Below are positions 29,087 to 38,691 of a stretch of DNA of 64,000 nucleotides, one piece after another. The stretch covers positions 1,664,001 through 1,728,000 of the forward strand of contig CAWBEI010000002.1 of NCBI GenBank assembly GCA_963787835.1. Direction: 5' to 3'. The stretch comes from Ignavibacteriota bacterium. Its GTDB lineage: Bacteria; Bacteroidota; Ignavibacteria; Palsa-1295. Below the pieces are notes generated by a model, which searched no databases, was not told where the DNA came from, and saw nothing but the letters and a program-made list of their open reading frames with translations. How positions within the stretch are numbered: the first letter of the stretch is position 1; every line of letters starts with the position of its first letter. The translations under genes and the position numbers were made by a program.

Positions 29087-29713
29087 TCATTTATTCTCGA
29101 TTTTCCATAGACTATCAGCTTGCTCATCTGTGAGTGAATGATAGAATTTCTTGAGTGCTTTATCCACGCTGTCGCGTCGGGGCTGATCGAAAATTGTTAG
29201 CTGGCGTTCCCAGTCGCCACCCATCAGGCTATCTCGTCCAGGGAATTTCGCACTATAATTTAATTCACTTTTTCCCCGGTCGTGCGAAGTTCCAACCCAG
29301 CGAATTACATGGGAAGCTCTTTCAACATGTTCCAGTAAAGATGTGAAGCCACAACTAAGGGTTCGGCACATGCTATCCTGCCTAATAGTCATTGAGGGAA
29401 CCGAGACATCGGCAGGATAAAAGCAGTTGCCATCGGCATAGAAAAATCCACCGGCGACAGCCTCTGATATCAATGCATGAACGGTATCAGAACTCATCTG
29501 TCCGTATTCCGTGTCATCAAATAGCGCAGTCGGATGGCCGATGAAAACAATATGACCGTCCTCAAAAATGTTCAGTGTGTAAACAGGACAAGGTATCATG
29601 CAACCCCAATGAACCACTGTGATTACAGGGTCAGGAATGTCCTTCACTTGTCGTGCAGTGTTTAGACCGAGTGAAAGTGTTGCAACCGTAACGAACCAAA
29701 ATGAAATACTCAT
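29087..29713 (-). CDS. Hypothetical exported protein (DUF6438-like)
   Basis: Signal-like N-terminus; GCMIPCPVYTLNIFEDG.I.F.G motif. Confidence 0.55.
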   Translation of the reverse strand: MSISFWFVTVATLSLGLNTARQVKDIPDPVITVVHWGCMIPCPVYTLNIFEDGHIVFIGHPTALFDDTEYGQMSSDTVHALISEAVAGGFFYADGNCFYPADVSVPSMTIRQDSMCRTLSCGFTSLLEHVERASHVIRWVGTSHDRGKSELNYSAKFPGRDSLMGGDWERQLTIFDQPRRDSVDKALKKFYHSLTDEQADSLWKIENK

Positions 29714-29726
29714 ATCCCCGTAGATC

Positions 29727-30485
29727 TTAGTGCGTCGCCGCCTCCACGATCGCAATAAACGCGCTGGCATCGAGCGATGCGCCGCCGATGAGGCCGCCAT
29801 CGATGTCCGGTTCTGCAAAAAGCGTGCGGGCATTATCCGGCTTCACACTGCCGCCGTAGAGAATTCGCATGTCATCCGCGAGGTTCCCAAATTTCTTTCG
29901 CAACTCTGCGCGAATAAATGCATGTGCCGATCGCGCTTCATCCAGTGTAGCAGTCTTGCCAGTACCGATAGCCCACACCGGTTCATACGCAATAACAAGC
30001 TTTGCCGCATCATACGTTGTCATTCCTACCAAACTCTGATCCATCTGACGGAATAGGACGGATTCTGTTTCTCCTTTCTCTCGCTGTTCTTCAGTTTCGC
30101 CGATACAAACGATGGGAATTAGTTGTGCATCCAGTGCCGCGCGGAGTTTTTTGCTTACGAGATCATCGGTCTCGCCAAAAATAGTTCTTCGCTCGCTGTG
30201 GCCGAGAATAACGTACGTGCATCCCAGATCCGCGAGCATTGCAGGTGAAATCTCACCAGTAAATGCACCGCTCTCTCCGAGATAACAATTCTGCGCGCCG
30301 TATTTCATCGAAGTTTCTTCGAGTGCGTGTTTTGCGATGAGAAGCGTTGTGAATGGGGGACACACAGCTACTTCGTGGGCCTCGCATTTGGTCGTCCACT
30401 CGACGGTAAGCTGAAAGAGGAGCTTCCGCGTATCTTTCAGCGTGCCATTCATCTTCCAATTCCCGACAATAAGTTTTGGGCGCAT
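29727..30485 (-). CDS. tpiA: Triosephosphate isomerase
   Basis: GNWKMN, GAFTGEIS, GHSERR, AYEPVWAIGTG, YGGSV, GGASL. Confidence 0.97.
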   Translation of the reverse strand: MRPKLIVGNWKMNGTLKDTRKLLFQLTVEWTTKCEAHEVAVCPPFTTLLIAKHALEETSMKYGAQNCYLGESGAFTGEISPAMLADLGCTYVILGHSERRTIFGETDDLVSKKLRAALDAQLIPIVCIGETEEQREKGETESVLFRQMDQSLVGMTTYDAAKLVIAYEPVWAIGTGKTATLDEARSAHAFIRAELRKKFGNLADDMRILYGGSVKPDNARTLFAEPDIDGGLIGGASLDASAFIAIVEAATH

Positions 30486-30510
30486 GGATCAGTGAGAAAT
30501 AAATGTTGAG

Positions 30511-30984
30511 TTAAAAATTGGATTCTTGGGCAACTAACGAAGAAAGCTTTGAAAGCATTTGTCCCTGACCTGCAGCTAACTCGATTGGATAATTTAGAGA
30601 TGTCCAGAAAAAATCGAAAGCAATTGGTTCCTTGACAGATTTTCCTCCGTTCGTTTCATAATATCTCCATTGCTTTGGTGCAGTCGCATTTAGTTGTACA
30701 TGAAAGACATGCCGCTCCTGAATTTCTTTCCGATATTCGGACATGTCATAATAAAATTCACCAAGTTTAGAGCAGATCGTGAAATCCGTTAGGCCAGTTT
30801 CCTCTATCAATTCTCTCGTAATAGCATCGACCGGGGATTCATCAGCCTCAATGGTGCCAGCGGGAACTTGGATTCCGGCCGAAGGAAAATCCGGTTGTTG
30901 GAATACAAGCAGATGTTCATTGTGCGTCACATAGGCGAGCACTTTTCGAGTGAACTGGTAACCTTCTGGAATATCATGTTCCAT
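30511..30984 (-). CDS. NUDIX hydrolase
   Basis: PAGTIEADESPVDAITRELIEETGL Nudix box. Confidence 0.9.
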   Translation of the reverse strand: MEHDIPEGYQFTRKVLAYVTHNEHLLVFQQPDFPSAGIQVPAGTIEADESPVDAITRELIEETGLTDFTICSKLGEFYYDMSEYRKEIQERHVFHVQLNATAPKQWRYYETNGGKSVKEPIAFDFFWTSLNYPIELAAGQGQMLSKLSSLVAQESNF

Positions 30985-31012
30985 GTAATAGTTTCAACAA
31001 AAAACCCCAAAT

Positions 31013-31040
31013 AAAAAAGGCCAGGGTAACCCCCGGCCTT
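31013..31040 (-). terminator. Rho-independent terminator after rpsG
   Basis: Minus strand AAGGCCGGGG-GTTA-CCCTGGCCTT followed by TTTT. Confidence 0.75.
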
Positions 31041-31062
31041 CTCTTCAAAAAGAATGAAGAAC

Positions 31063-31533
31063 TTAAAACCGGCTGAAGTGCGCGAATGCCTTGTTGGCTT
31101 CGGCCATGCGGTGAACATCGTCGCGCTTTTTGACGGTTGCGCCTTCCCCGTTACCCGCAGCGATGAGTTCCCCAGCCAAACGTGCCGCCATGGATTTCTC
31201 TCCACGAGCGCGGCTATACTGGATCAGCCAGCGGATGGCAAGCGCCGTGCGGCGATCGGTGCGAACTTCTGTGGGAACCTGATACGTCGCACCGCCAACG
31301 CGGCGCGAGCGAACCTCGACCATGGGCGCTGCATTGTTCATCGCCTTTTTGAAGACTTCAAGTCCAGACTGTCCCGTCTTTTCCTGAATGCTGTCGAGTG
31401 CGTCATACATGATGCGCTGCGCGGTCGATTTCTTCCCGCCGATCATCAGCGAATTGATGAACTGCGATACCAATGTATCGCTGAATTTTGGGTCCGGTGT
31501 ACGCGGACGTACCTCTGCTTTATGCTTTCTCAT
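31063..31533 (-). CDS. rpsG: 30S ribosomal protein S7
   Basis: [31 protein letters not shown]. Confidence 0.98.
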   Translation of the reverse strand: MRKHKAEVRPRTPDPKFSDTLVSQFINSLMIGGKKSTAQRIMYDALDSIQEKTGQSGLEVFKKAMNNAAPMVEVRSRRVGGATYQVPTEVRTDRRTALAIRWLIQYSRARGEKSMAARLAGELIAAGNGEGATVKKRDDVHRMAEANKAFAHFSRF

Positions 31534-31668
31534 TTGAGTGTATTCGGTTGTCGTTTACAAAAGAGTTGATCGGATGTTCGGAATAGTCCTCACTTACCGT
31601 CAACCACCCCTTCGCATTGCTGCGAAGATCCTGATAGTCACCGTGACCTGAAGGTCGCGGCTACAAAA

Positions 31669-32040
31669 TTATTTCGGCTTCTTGGTGCCGTACCGCGAGC
31701 GTCCCTGCTTGCGGTTCTGAACGCCTTGGGTATCGAGTGTACCACGGATGATGTGGTAACGCACGCCGGGAAGGTCCTTCACGCGGCCGCCGCGGATCAT
31801 GACGATCGAGTGCTCCTGCAAATTATGGCCTTCGCCTGGGATGTACGCCGTTACTTCCATGCCGCTCGTAAGCTTCACGCGGGCTACCTTACGGAGCGCG
31901 GAATTCGGCTTTTTCGGCGTGGTCGTATAGACGCGGGTACAAACTCCGCGGCGCTGGGGGCTATTTTTGAGGGCGGGGGATTTAGACTTGTAGGTCAGCT
32001 CTTCCCGGCCTAAACGCACTAATTGGTTGATCGTCGGCAT
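31669..32040 (-). CDS. rpsL: 30S ribosomal protein S12
   Basis: [34 protein letters not shown]. Confidence 0.99.
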   Translation of the reverse strand: MPTINQLVRLGREELTYKSKSPALKNSPQRRGVCTRVYTTTPKKPNSALRKVARVKLTSGMEVTAYIPGEGHNLQEHSIVMIRGGRVKDLPGVRYHIIRGTLDTQGVQNRKQGRSRYGTKKPK

Positions 32041-32163
32041 GAATTCTTGCTATTGTGGCTAAAAAATGATGTTACCCCGCTCTGCCCGAGCATACGCGTT
32101 ACCATTAGGCTTTCGCGTGAGGCGGGCTGTTAACCGGACAAGCCCCAATTCGGTTCAATTCAT

Positions 32164-32401
32164 TTCCCCATTTCATACTTCAGAATTCATATCTCATAAT
32201 TTCCCCAAGAATAGTGCCGGTTTTTTTACATATTCATTTAATGAACTCAGGTTTGCTTTATGTAAATATTCATGAATTGATTCAATACGCCTACTTTGTC
32301 TATGAGCAAAACATCCTCCTACTTCTTTCTTCTTAACTCTTAGTTCTTACATATTCCCCATTTCATACTTCATAATTCATATCTCATAATTTCCCCAAGA
32401 A
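32164..32401. repeat. 48-bp direct repeat pair (32164-32211, 32354-32401) upstream of rpsL
   Basis: TTCCCCATTTCATACTTCA(G/T)AATTCATATCTCATAATTTCCCCAAGAA, one mismatch. Confidence 0.85.
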
Positions 32402-32526
32402 ACAGGTGCCATTTCTTTTTCTTGCTGAGTTCCCGATGGCCCTCGCGTCACCCTCGATTCTGAGCCAATTTCGCACATTTGTTCCAACAAGTATTCATAA
32501 TGCCACTTCCTAAAGAACTCGTTCAT
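32377..32526 (-). CDS. Candidate small protein (49 aa) in the duplicated unit, copy 2
   Basis: MNEFFRKWHYEYLLEQMCEIGSESRVTRGPSGTQQEKEMAPVSWGNYEI. Confidence 0.4.
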   Translation of the reverse strand: MNEFFRKWHYEYLLEQMCEIGSESRVTRGPSGTQQEKEMAPVSWGNYEI

Positions 32527-32658
32527 AATGAAACCTATCGCCGACCTCTGTTTTCAATGAACTCCCTTCCTTCCATAATCCTGAAAATCCTGTAAATCGT
32601 GGTCTAATTCTCCATTCTTAATTGAAAATTGATATAGGTGCCCATCATCTCACCACCT

Positions 32659-32687
32659 AATATAACACATTCAAAATCTAAAAGCAA
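32659..32687 (-). promoter_or_regulatory. Sigma70-type promoter of the duplicated unit, copy 2 (points towards rpsL)
   Basis: TTGCTT-17 bp-TATATT with an extended -10 TGn. Confidence 0.65.
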
Positions 32688-32726
32688 GGATTGCAAAAAT
32701 TAATTACATTTCTTTTCAGACCGACA

Positions 32727-33131
32727 CTATGATACAAACGGATTTCGAATCACTAAACGTGTTTGAACAACCAACCCATCCTGCATGTCTTCGGAATAGA
32801 GGATTTCGGAATGCGAACGTAGCGCTGTTGCGACGATCAGACTGTCCCAATAGGAAAATCGGTAGGATTCGCGAAGCATACTTGCCGTGCGAATATCTTC
32901 CCGCAAAATTTCGAGCACCGGATAATCTGCGTATAACTCCTCGATCAATTGTTGGACAAATGGCTCCGTGCCCAACTGCTTTCGAAGGATGTTGGACATC
33001 ACCTCATTGACCACTTGTGAACTCAAACAAACGTCCGGCGATACGGCAAGCTCCAATGCCCGGGTTCGTTTTGAGATATCCGCATCCATGGAATACCCAT
33101 AGAGCCAGATGTTCGAATCGAGAAAGATCAC
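32727..33131 (-). CDS. vapC: PIN-domain toxin (VapC-like)
   Basis: IFLDSNIWLY, SSQVVNE, FSYWDSLIVATA, LYSEDMQDG. Confidence 0.9.
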   Translation of the reverse strand: MIFLDSNIWLYGYSMDADISKRTRALELAVSPDVCLSSQVVNEVMSNILRKQLGTEPFVQQLIEELYADYPVLEILREDIRTASMLRESYRFSYWDSLIVATALRSHSEILYSEDMQDGLVVQTRLVIRNPFVS

Positions 33132-33346
33132 GATGCCCGGTTATAAATCTCTTCGCGGGAAAGAGGCTTGAACCCAGGTGCGGGAATAGGGTTCTCCCGC
33201 ATACGTTTTACAGTAAGACGCTCCTTAGGCTCTGGTGAAAGCGTAACATGCACGTGCTCGCCACGTGCGATGCCGCGTTTCAGATCATCGGGGATGCGGA
33301 TAACGCCCTCGCCTTCCACCGTAGTGTCAAATTCAATATGATCCAT
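33128..33346 (-). CDS. Putative antitoxin (AbrB/MazE-like beta fold)
   Basis: 72 aa, overlaps the PIN start by 4 nt; G.IRIP.DL motif; C-terminal LSREEIY. Confidence 0.75.
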   Translation of the reverse strand: MDHIEFDTTVEGEGVIRIPDDLKRGIARGEHVHVTLSPEPKERLTVKRMRENPIPAPGFKPLSREEIYNRAS

Positions 33347-33446
33347 CGTAGTATAAACACCGATTCCGGGACATTCGTTGAGATGTTTTTGAGTATTTTG
33401 AGAAGCCGAATGCAGCGACGGAAACCGTAAAATTTGATGCTCAGTA

Positions 33447-33641
33447 AGCGCGTAGGTCGAGCGTCCTCGCTCGACACTGCGGAATGGAACTACTTTGTGC
33501 TGTTACCTCACCATTTGCACGAAGGGCGCGCACTGCAATAGTTTGTGGCAAAAACCATTTCATAAAGATTGGAACATGTGAATTGTTTACGAACGCGCAC
33601 AGTTCCCTTTGTGTCGAGCGAGGACGCTCGACCTACGCGCT
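33447..33641. repeat. GTAG-type REP doublet (REPIN/MITE-like), copy 2, inverted relative to copy 1
   Basis: Same terminal repeats and near-identical core as 18153-18349. Confidence 0.85.
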
Positions 33642-33960
33642 AACACAATCGCACCAGATGTGCGTGGAGATCATCCGCTGTATTCAGGCCCATATTCTTC
33701 TTTATTCTCAATTTCATTTCGCGGACGGCGCGAGCCTTCATGTCAAGATGGAGCGCAATGGTTTCCGTATCGGCTTCCTCTAAAATAAGCGCACATAGTT
33801 TTGTTTCTTTTTCCTTGAGATGTGGATGTGCCGACGCAAGCGACTTGAAAAAGTTTGGATGAAGATTCAGAATACGCGATTTGTAATCAATCCACGTGGG
33901 ATGATGATCGAACGTGAGAGTACTCATAACATCTGAGGCAAAAGAGTGTATGACCAGCAA
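33640..33960 (-). CDS. Stand-alone LuxR-like HTH protein
   Basis: LHPNFFKSL...HP.L...E.KLCALI......IA..L......V...K.RIKK.MGL....DL matches the C-terminal HTH of Bacteroidota TPR-LuxR regulators. The start may be ATG 33927. Confidence 0.65.
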   Translation of the reverse strand: MLVIHSFASDVMSTLTFDHHPTWIDYKSRILNLHPNFFKSLASAHPHLKEKETKLCALILEEADTETIALHLDMKARAVREMKLRIKKNMGLNTADDLHAHLVRLC

Positions 33961-34177
33961 CTATCTATTCGGTCATAAATTTACAACCGGCCGAAGGGTA
34001 TTGTTCCGCAATAAAATGTGACATAAAAATGGGAAACGCCGGAAATTGCCGGAAACCTGTCCACTCTTGCCGAAATTTGCTGAAAAACGTATTGCGAACG
34101 TATATCCCGAACTTGTAAATTTGTACTCAACAGTCAGTCATTATTTTTTTAATCATTTTTTAACAGGAGTTTGCACC

Positions 34178-34756
34178 ATGAATCTATCAACAACCGGCTG
34201 GAATAGTTTTGTACAAGCCCAGCCACTCGACCCGCTTTCGATCATTTCAAATTGTTTGTTAGGCGCTACCGTAGGTGTCTGGACGCGAAGCACCACGTTC
34301 CTGCAATCCAGTTGGGGAACGAATAGCATTGCATACACCGGTAATAATACCACGGTGCTTTCGCTCGATACCACCGATCAGACCACAGTAGTGCAGGCAG
34401 CACAGTGGGTGGTGAAAACAAAGATGGTAAACGTCGGTGCCTCTATCAATCCGGCGGTGGAAAAGATTGCCTACTGCAAAGCAGGCCCATTTTGGCAGAA
34501 CCAGATCGAACTTGCGCTTGGTGCCACGAACTGGAGCAATGTGCAGCTCTCATTTCGAGATAATCTCGGAACCACGGGAGTGTTTGCTGGCAGCGCAAGT
34601 GGAGCGGTTCCGGTCTTTTCCTTTGGCGCAGGCCCCTTCACGGGAGCCACATCGCTTTATATGACGATAGCAAATCCGGGAACATACTCCCTCGTGCTCG
34701 TTCTGGATAATGCCGGTGTCTGGAGTACCTTCGAAATGGAAATCGTAGCACTGTAA
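34178..34756 (+). CDS. Hypothetical beta-rich protein
   Basis: Clean ORF from ATG 34178, co-oriented 18 nt upstream of the next gene; no signal peptide. Confidence 0.65.
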   Translation: MNLSTTGWNSFVQAQPLDPLSIISNCLLGATVGVWTRSTTFLQSSWGTNSIAYTGNNTTVLSLDTTDQTTVVQAAQWVVKTKMVNVGASINPAVEKIAYCKAGPFWQNQIELALGATNWSNVQLSFRDNLGTTGVFAGSASGAVPVFSFGAGPFTGATSLYMTIANPGTYSLVLVLDNAGVWSTFEMEIVAL

Positions 34757-34774
34757 TTTTAACTTAAAAAAGCC

Positions 34775-37111
34775 ATGCCAACTTACGAACCAGGGCAGGG
34801 GCCTTTACCCCTGCCCCCATTACCTATATCGCCAAATCAAACTGGGAATATGCCTGTGGCACTCAACCCGCAGCTTCACACACCTATTGCACCGGGGCCT
34901 GTCGGAGCGCAATCCGCTTCTGTTGCAAATAGCGGGGTGGGGGTTTTGCCACCAGTAATGCCGCCAAACGGGCCGCCATTGACACCTATAACGGGAGCAA
35001 CTCCAACTATTCCGGGCGTAACACCGCAAGCACCTATTGTCGTGGCCCCTATTGATGATTGTATGCGAAGTGTTACGGTGACTGGAATTACACAGATTCA
35101 TTTTAAACCCATAATTCAGATATTCGTTAATGGGGTTCTACGTGGTTCCCGATTATTGGTCCCCATCCCTATTGCAGGACCAACATCTGTCGAAGTGGCA
35201 ATTAGTGGTTGTTCACTTAATGCTGGCGATCTTGTTCAGGCCAGTTCAATGATCGGTACGGTATCGAGTCCACTTAGTGATGCCGTTCGGGTCGAAAGCC
35301 ATGTGTTATATAGTTGCCTAACTCAGCATTATGATAATGCTCGAACGGGATGGTATCCCTATGAGAGGCAACTTACACCTGACGTCTTACAGCAACCAGG
35401 CGCAAACGCATTCCAACAGCAATTTCAGCTACCTGTGGATGGCAAAGCCTACGCGCAGCCACTTTATATGCACCACGTAAATTTCCCAGGCTTTGGGGCC
35501 AGAAACGTCGTTTACATTGCAACGGAAAATAATTCCGTCTTTGCTTATGATGCGGATGACCCAGGTAGCATACTCCTCTGGCAGCGGTCTTTAGTTCCGG
35601 CAGGACAGAGAACCCCAACGTCGGGCGACTCAGGGAACGTTGATATTCCTTGTGGCGATATTCAGCCCACCGTTGGCGTTAGCAGCACTCCAGTTATTAG
35701 CTGTGGATGTGTTAACGCGTGCGGTGGATCGGGATGCGGGTGTTCAAATCAATGTGGAGATACTAACAGCTGTTGCGCTCCAACGATGTATGTTACTTCT
35801 AAAACGATAGGGATAAACGATGGGACTGCCGGAATGAATAATAATGGCTCTTTTCATTGGTATCTCCATGCACTCGATGTTATTACCGGGCTCGAACGAC
35901 CGGGGAGCCCTGTTGAGATATGCGGGAAAGTAAATGGTAGGGCTTTAATAAACGATGGTCAAGGGCATGTGCTTTTTAATCCTGAAAGACAAAATAACCG
36001 ATGCAGCTTACTCTTACTTAATGGATGCGTTTATATTGCCTTTGCATCGCATTGTGATAATGAGCCGTATCAAGGATGGGTATTTGCTTACGATGCTGTA
36101 ACACTTAAACAAAAGGCCATTTTTTGCACCTGCCCTAATTTCGTAAATGGGGGTGAATCAGGTATTTGGCAAGGGGGGTTCGGCTTAGCTACCGATGGTG
36201 ATGCGATTTATTGCACTACGGGTAATGGACCGCCCGGTGCTGATATTACTAAAGGGACTGGCAAGGCAAATGGTGGAGACAGCTATTACAATTCCGTTCT
36301 GAAGCTATCGCAGAATCTTCAGGTGCTCTCATGGTTCACTCCTGCGGATCAACTTGTTCTTAGCAATAACGATGTCGATCTTGGTTCGGGGGGTGTCATG
36401 GTTATTCCTGGCATGCAGCTCGGGTTTCACCCCAATCAAGTAGTTACATGTGGAAAGGATGGGAACATAATGCTTCTCGATCGTGATAACTTAGGCGGGT
36501 TTGGCGGACCCTCCGAACCGTGGAACCAACAGACGGCTGCAACGTTTGCTCAATATCCTGGTTTTAATAACAATGCCATTTCCACGACACTTCTTCAGCC
36601 GACGGCACCTTTAAGCAATCAAAATGCACCAAATAGTTTTTCTCCAAATCAGCCTGGCGTTTGGGGTGGACCAGCTTATTTTAATGGTGTTAACGGACAG
36701 TTCATTTTTTATGCGGGGAATGATACAGGGAATGCAGGACACCTTACTTCTTTCGCGCTTAGAGGTGGCTCAATGAATTTGCTTTGCCAGTCTAAAGAGT
36801 CTTTTGGAGGGCTTGGATCAACACCCGTTGTTTCCTCAGGAAGCTTTACCACAAGCAATGGTATTCTTTGGGCAGTGAAACGTGATGGTGCTGGAGGGAA
36901 CGTGAATCTATGTGCCTATGATTTGGATCAATTTACATCTACTCCCACTGCTACTTCTATTATTGGGCCCTCGACAAGTGGTCTCCCTATAGGTATTTGG
37001 AACGATACCAGGCCGTTTATTGAACCCACCATCGTGAACGGTAAGGTTTATGTAGCTGCCGAAGATCATATCGGTGTATTTTTCTGCGCGAACGAAATAA
37101 AAGTGCCGTGA
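34775..37111 (+). CDS. PQQ-like beta-propeller protein with Pro-rich N-terminus, Ig-like domain and Cys-rich insertion
   Basis: LTQHYDNARTG..P.E..LTP, PVDG.AYAQPLY, NVVYIATENNSVFAYDAD, LHALD..TG.E, GIWQGG, D.DLGSGG, PTIVNGKVYV. Confidence 0.75.
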   Translation: MPTYEPGQGPLPLPPLPISPNQTGNMPVALNPQLHTPIAPGPVGAQSASVANSGVGVLPPVMPPNGPPLTPITGATPTIPGVTPQAPIVVAPIDDCMRSVTVTGITQIHFKPIIQIFVNGVLRGSRLLVPIPIAGPTSVEVAISGCSLNAGDLVQASSMIGTVSSPLSDAVRVESHVLYSCLTQHYDNARTGWYPYERQLTPDVLQQPGANAFQQQFQLPVDGKAYAQPLYMHHVNFPGFGARNVVYIATENNSVFAYDADDPGSILLWQRSLVPAGQRTPTSGDSGNVDIPCGDIQPTVGVSSTPVISCGCVNACGGSGCGCSNQCGDTNSCCAPTMYVTSKTIGINDGTAGMNNNGSFHWYLHALDVITGLERPGSPVEICGKVNGRALINDGQGHVLFNPERQNNRCSLLLLNGCVYIAFASHCDNEPYQGWVFAYDAVTLKQKAIFCTCPNFVNGGESGIWQGGFGLATDGDAIYCTTGNGPPGADITKGTGKANGGDSYYNSVLKLSQNLQVLSWFTPADQLVLSNNDVDLGSGGVMVIPGMQLGFHPNQVVTCGKDGNIMLLDRDNLGGFGGPSEPWNQQTAATFAQYPGFNNNAISTTLLQPTAPLSNQNAPNSFSPNQPGVWGGPAYFNGVNGQFIFYAGNDTGNAGHLTSFALRGGSMNLLCQSKESFGGLGSTPVVSSGSFTTSNGILWAVKRDGAGGNVNLCAYDLDQFTSTPTATSIIGPSTSGLPIGIWNDTRPFIEPTIVNGKVYVAAEDHIGVFFCANEIKVP

Positions 37112-37118
37112 ATTTTTT

Positions 37119-38387
37119 ATGAAAAAACGGTTAACTTTATTTTTATTTCTTGTTTTGATCTTCTGTAGCGTTTCTACAACTGTATCTTCTCAATGGTTTC
37201 ATTCTTCGGAGGGGTTGGAGGGCTCGGTCTATTGTCTCGCTCCGTGGGGTAGCCGATTGCTCGCAGGCGCAGGGGCGACTGTTCTTTTGTCCTCAGACAA
37301 TGGAGAGAGTTGGACGCCGCTTGATTCGGGCGCTATAATTATTCATAGTTTAAATAGCCAAAATGCTGTGACTTCCGTGGTAGCCCTGGGAACGATTATT
37401 TATGCGATCGCAGAATCAGATCCCTTCGAAAGTGGATTAATAACTGCAACATTATGGTCATCCAGTGATTCTGGCTTAAATTGGGTAGAACTTAATGCTA
37501 ACTTTCAAGACGTTAGTACGGGAATTACTTCAACGGGGGAGGTACTTTTCGCAACTACAAAAGAAGGAGTTTTTCGCTCGGTTGATAGTGCAAAAACGTG
37601 GAAAGAGGTCGACACTTTTTCTTATGCAACATTGGGGGGCTACCGAGCCAAACTTTTTGCTGGAAATAGTAGAGGGCTATTTGTATCCACCGATCAAGGT
37701 AACAGCTGGAATCCAGTTCAAACCCTGATGATATGGCCAATTCAAATTGTTTCCAGCGGCTCTAATATGGCAGCACTGGATTATAACCCTATAACGTATT
37801 TAAGTCGAGTGTTTTATTCCGTTGATTCGGGGAGTACGTGGAACCCGACATCCAACGACTCTGCCGGTTCTGTTGCCAACCTTACAAACATTGCGATATC
37901 CGGTAGTACTCTCTTTGTTGGTTCCAGCTCTGATCCGGGTGCTGATTTTTATTCTACCGACTGGGGTGCATCGTGGCATGACTTATGTGTAGATGGGAAC
38001 TGTGGTGATCCTGGCCGGGAAACTGCCTTGGTGGTAAGCGGTCCCAATCTTGTTCTTACCTCACATACCACTGGAATTTATTATTATCCTCTTGGGGGGC
38101 TTGCATCGGTTACTCAAACGGAGTCTCCTCAATTAAGATATTCAAGCTCTCCCAATCCCATCAACTCACTAACCACCATCTCCTTCACCCTTCCCTCCGC
38201 CAGCGCAGCCCATCTCACCCTCACCGATGCCGCTGGGCGCGAAACGCCGCTCCTGCCCACGCAGTGGTTAGATGCCGGCCCACATCAGGTAACGTGGGAT
38301 GCCAGTAATTATCCAAGTGGGGTGTATCTTTGCCGTTTAGTGTCCGGCGGCGAGAGCGCAACGCAACGGTTAGTTGTGCTGCATTAA
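37119..38387 (+). CDS. Secreted Asp-box repeat protein with T9SS-type C-terminal domain
   Basis: Signal peptide; S.D.G.SW repeats; PNP...TTISF.L...WDAS.YPSGVYLCRL. Confidence 0.8.
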   Translation: MKKRLTLFLFLVLIFCSVSTTVSSQWFHSSEGLEGSVYCLAPWGSRLLAGAGATVLLSSDNGESWTPLDSGAIIIHSLNSQNAVTSVVALGTIIYAIAESDPFESGLITATLWSSSDSGLNWVELNANFQDVSTGITSTGEVLFATTKEGVFRSVDSAKTWKEVDTFSYATLGGYRAKLFAGNSRGLFVSTDQGNSWNPVQTLMIWPIQIVSSGSNMAALDYNPITYLSRVFYSVDSGSTWNPTSNDSAGSVANLTNIAISGSTLFVGSSSDPGADFYSTDWGASWHDLCVDGNCGDPGRETALVVSGPNLVLTSHTTGIYYYPLGGLASVTQTESPQLRYSSSPNPINSLTTISFTLPSASAAHLTLTDAAGRETPLLPTQWLDAGPHQVTWDASNYPSGVYLCRLVSGGESATQRLVVLH

Positions 38388-38483
38388 TGCGGCGTTTTCG
38401 CCCATTGTAAGCCCACCCCCAGTCGGAACGCCGCTTATCGGGTGCCTGTTGAAACCGTATCTATGGCCTCTCGTACTCTTTAG

Positions 38484-38525
38484 GTCAGAACCATGCGCAT
38501 CGTCGGCGATGCGCATGGTTCTGAC
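38484..38525. repeat. Perfect palindrome (19-bp arms) upstream of sprA
   Basis: GTCAGAACCATGCGCATCG-TCGG-CGATGCGCATGGTTCTGAC. Confidence 0.75.
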
Positions 38526-38691
38526 AAAGGCTTCTAACTAACCCGAAAAACCTATCGATTCCTTGTGACATCGCGAGTCACGCCCATCTCTTTTGGGCGG
38601 GGCTTTGAACTACATATTACAGCCGGCAGGCTTGTGCATGAGCGCAAGCCACGCTCTGCTACGTCCGGTTTTTGGAGTCGAATACGCATAG

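Noticed and set aside
32164-32401. CRISPR array interpretation of the direct repeats
   Set aside because: Only two repeats, a 142-bp spacer, and no cas genes.
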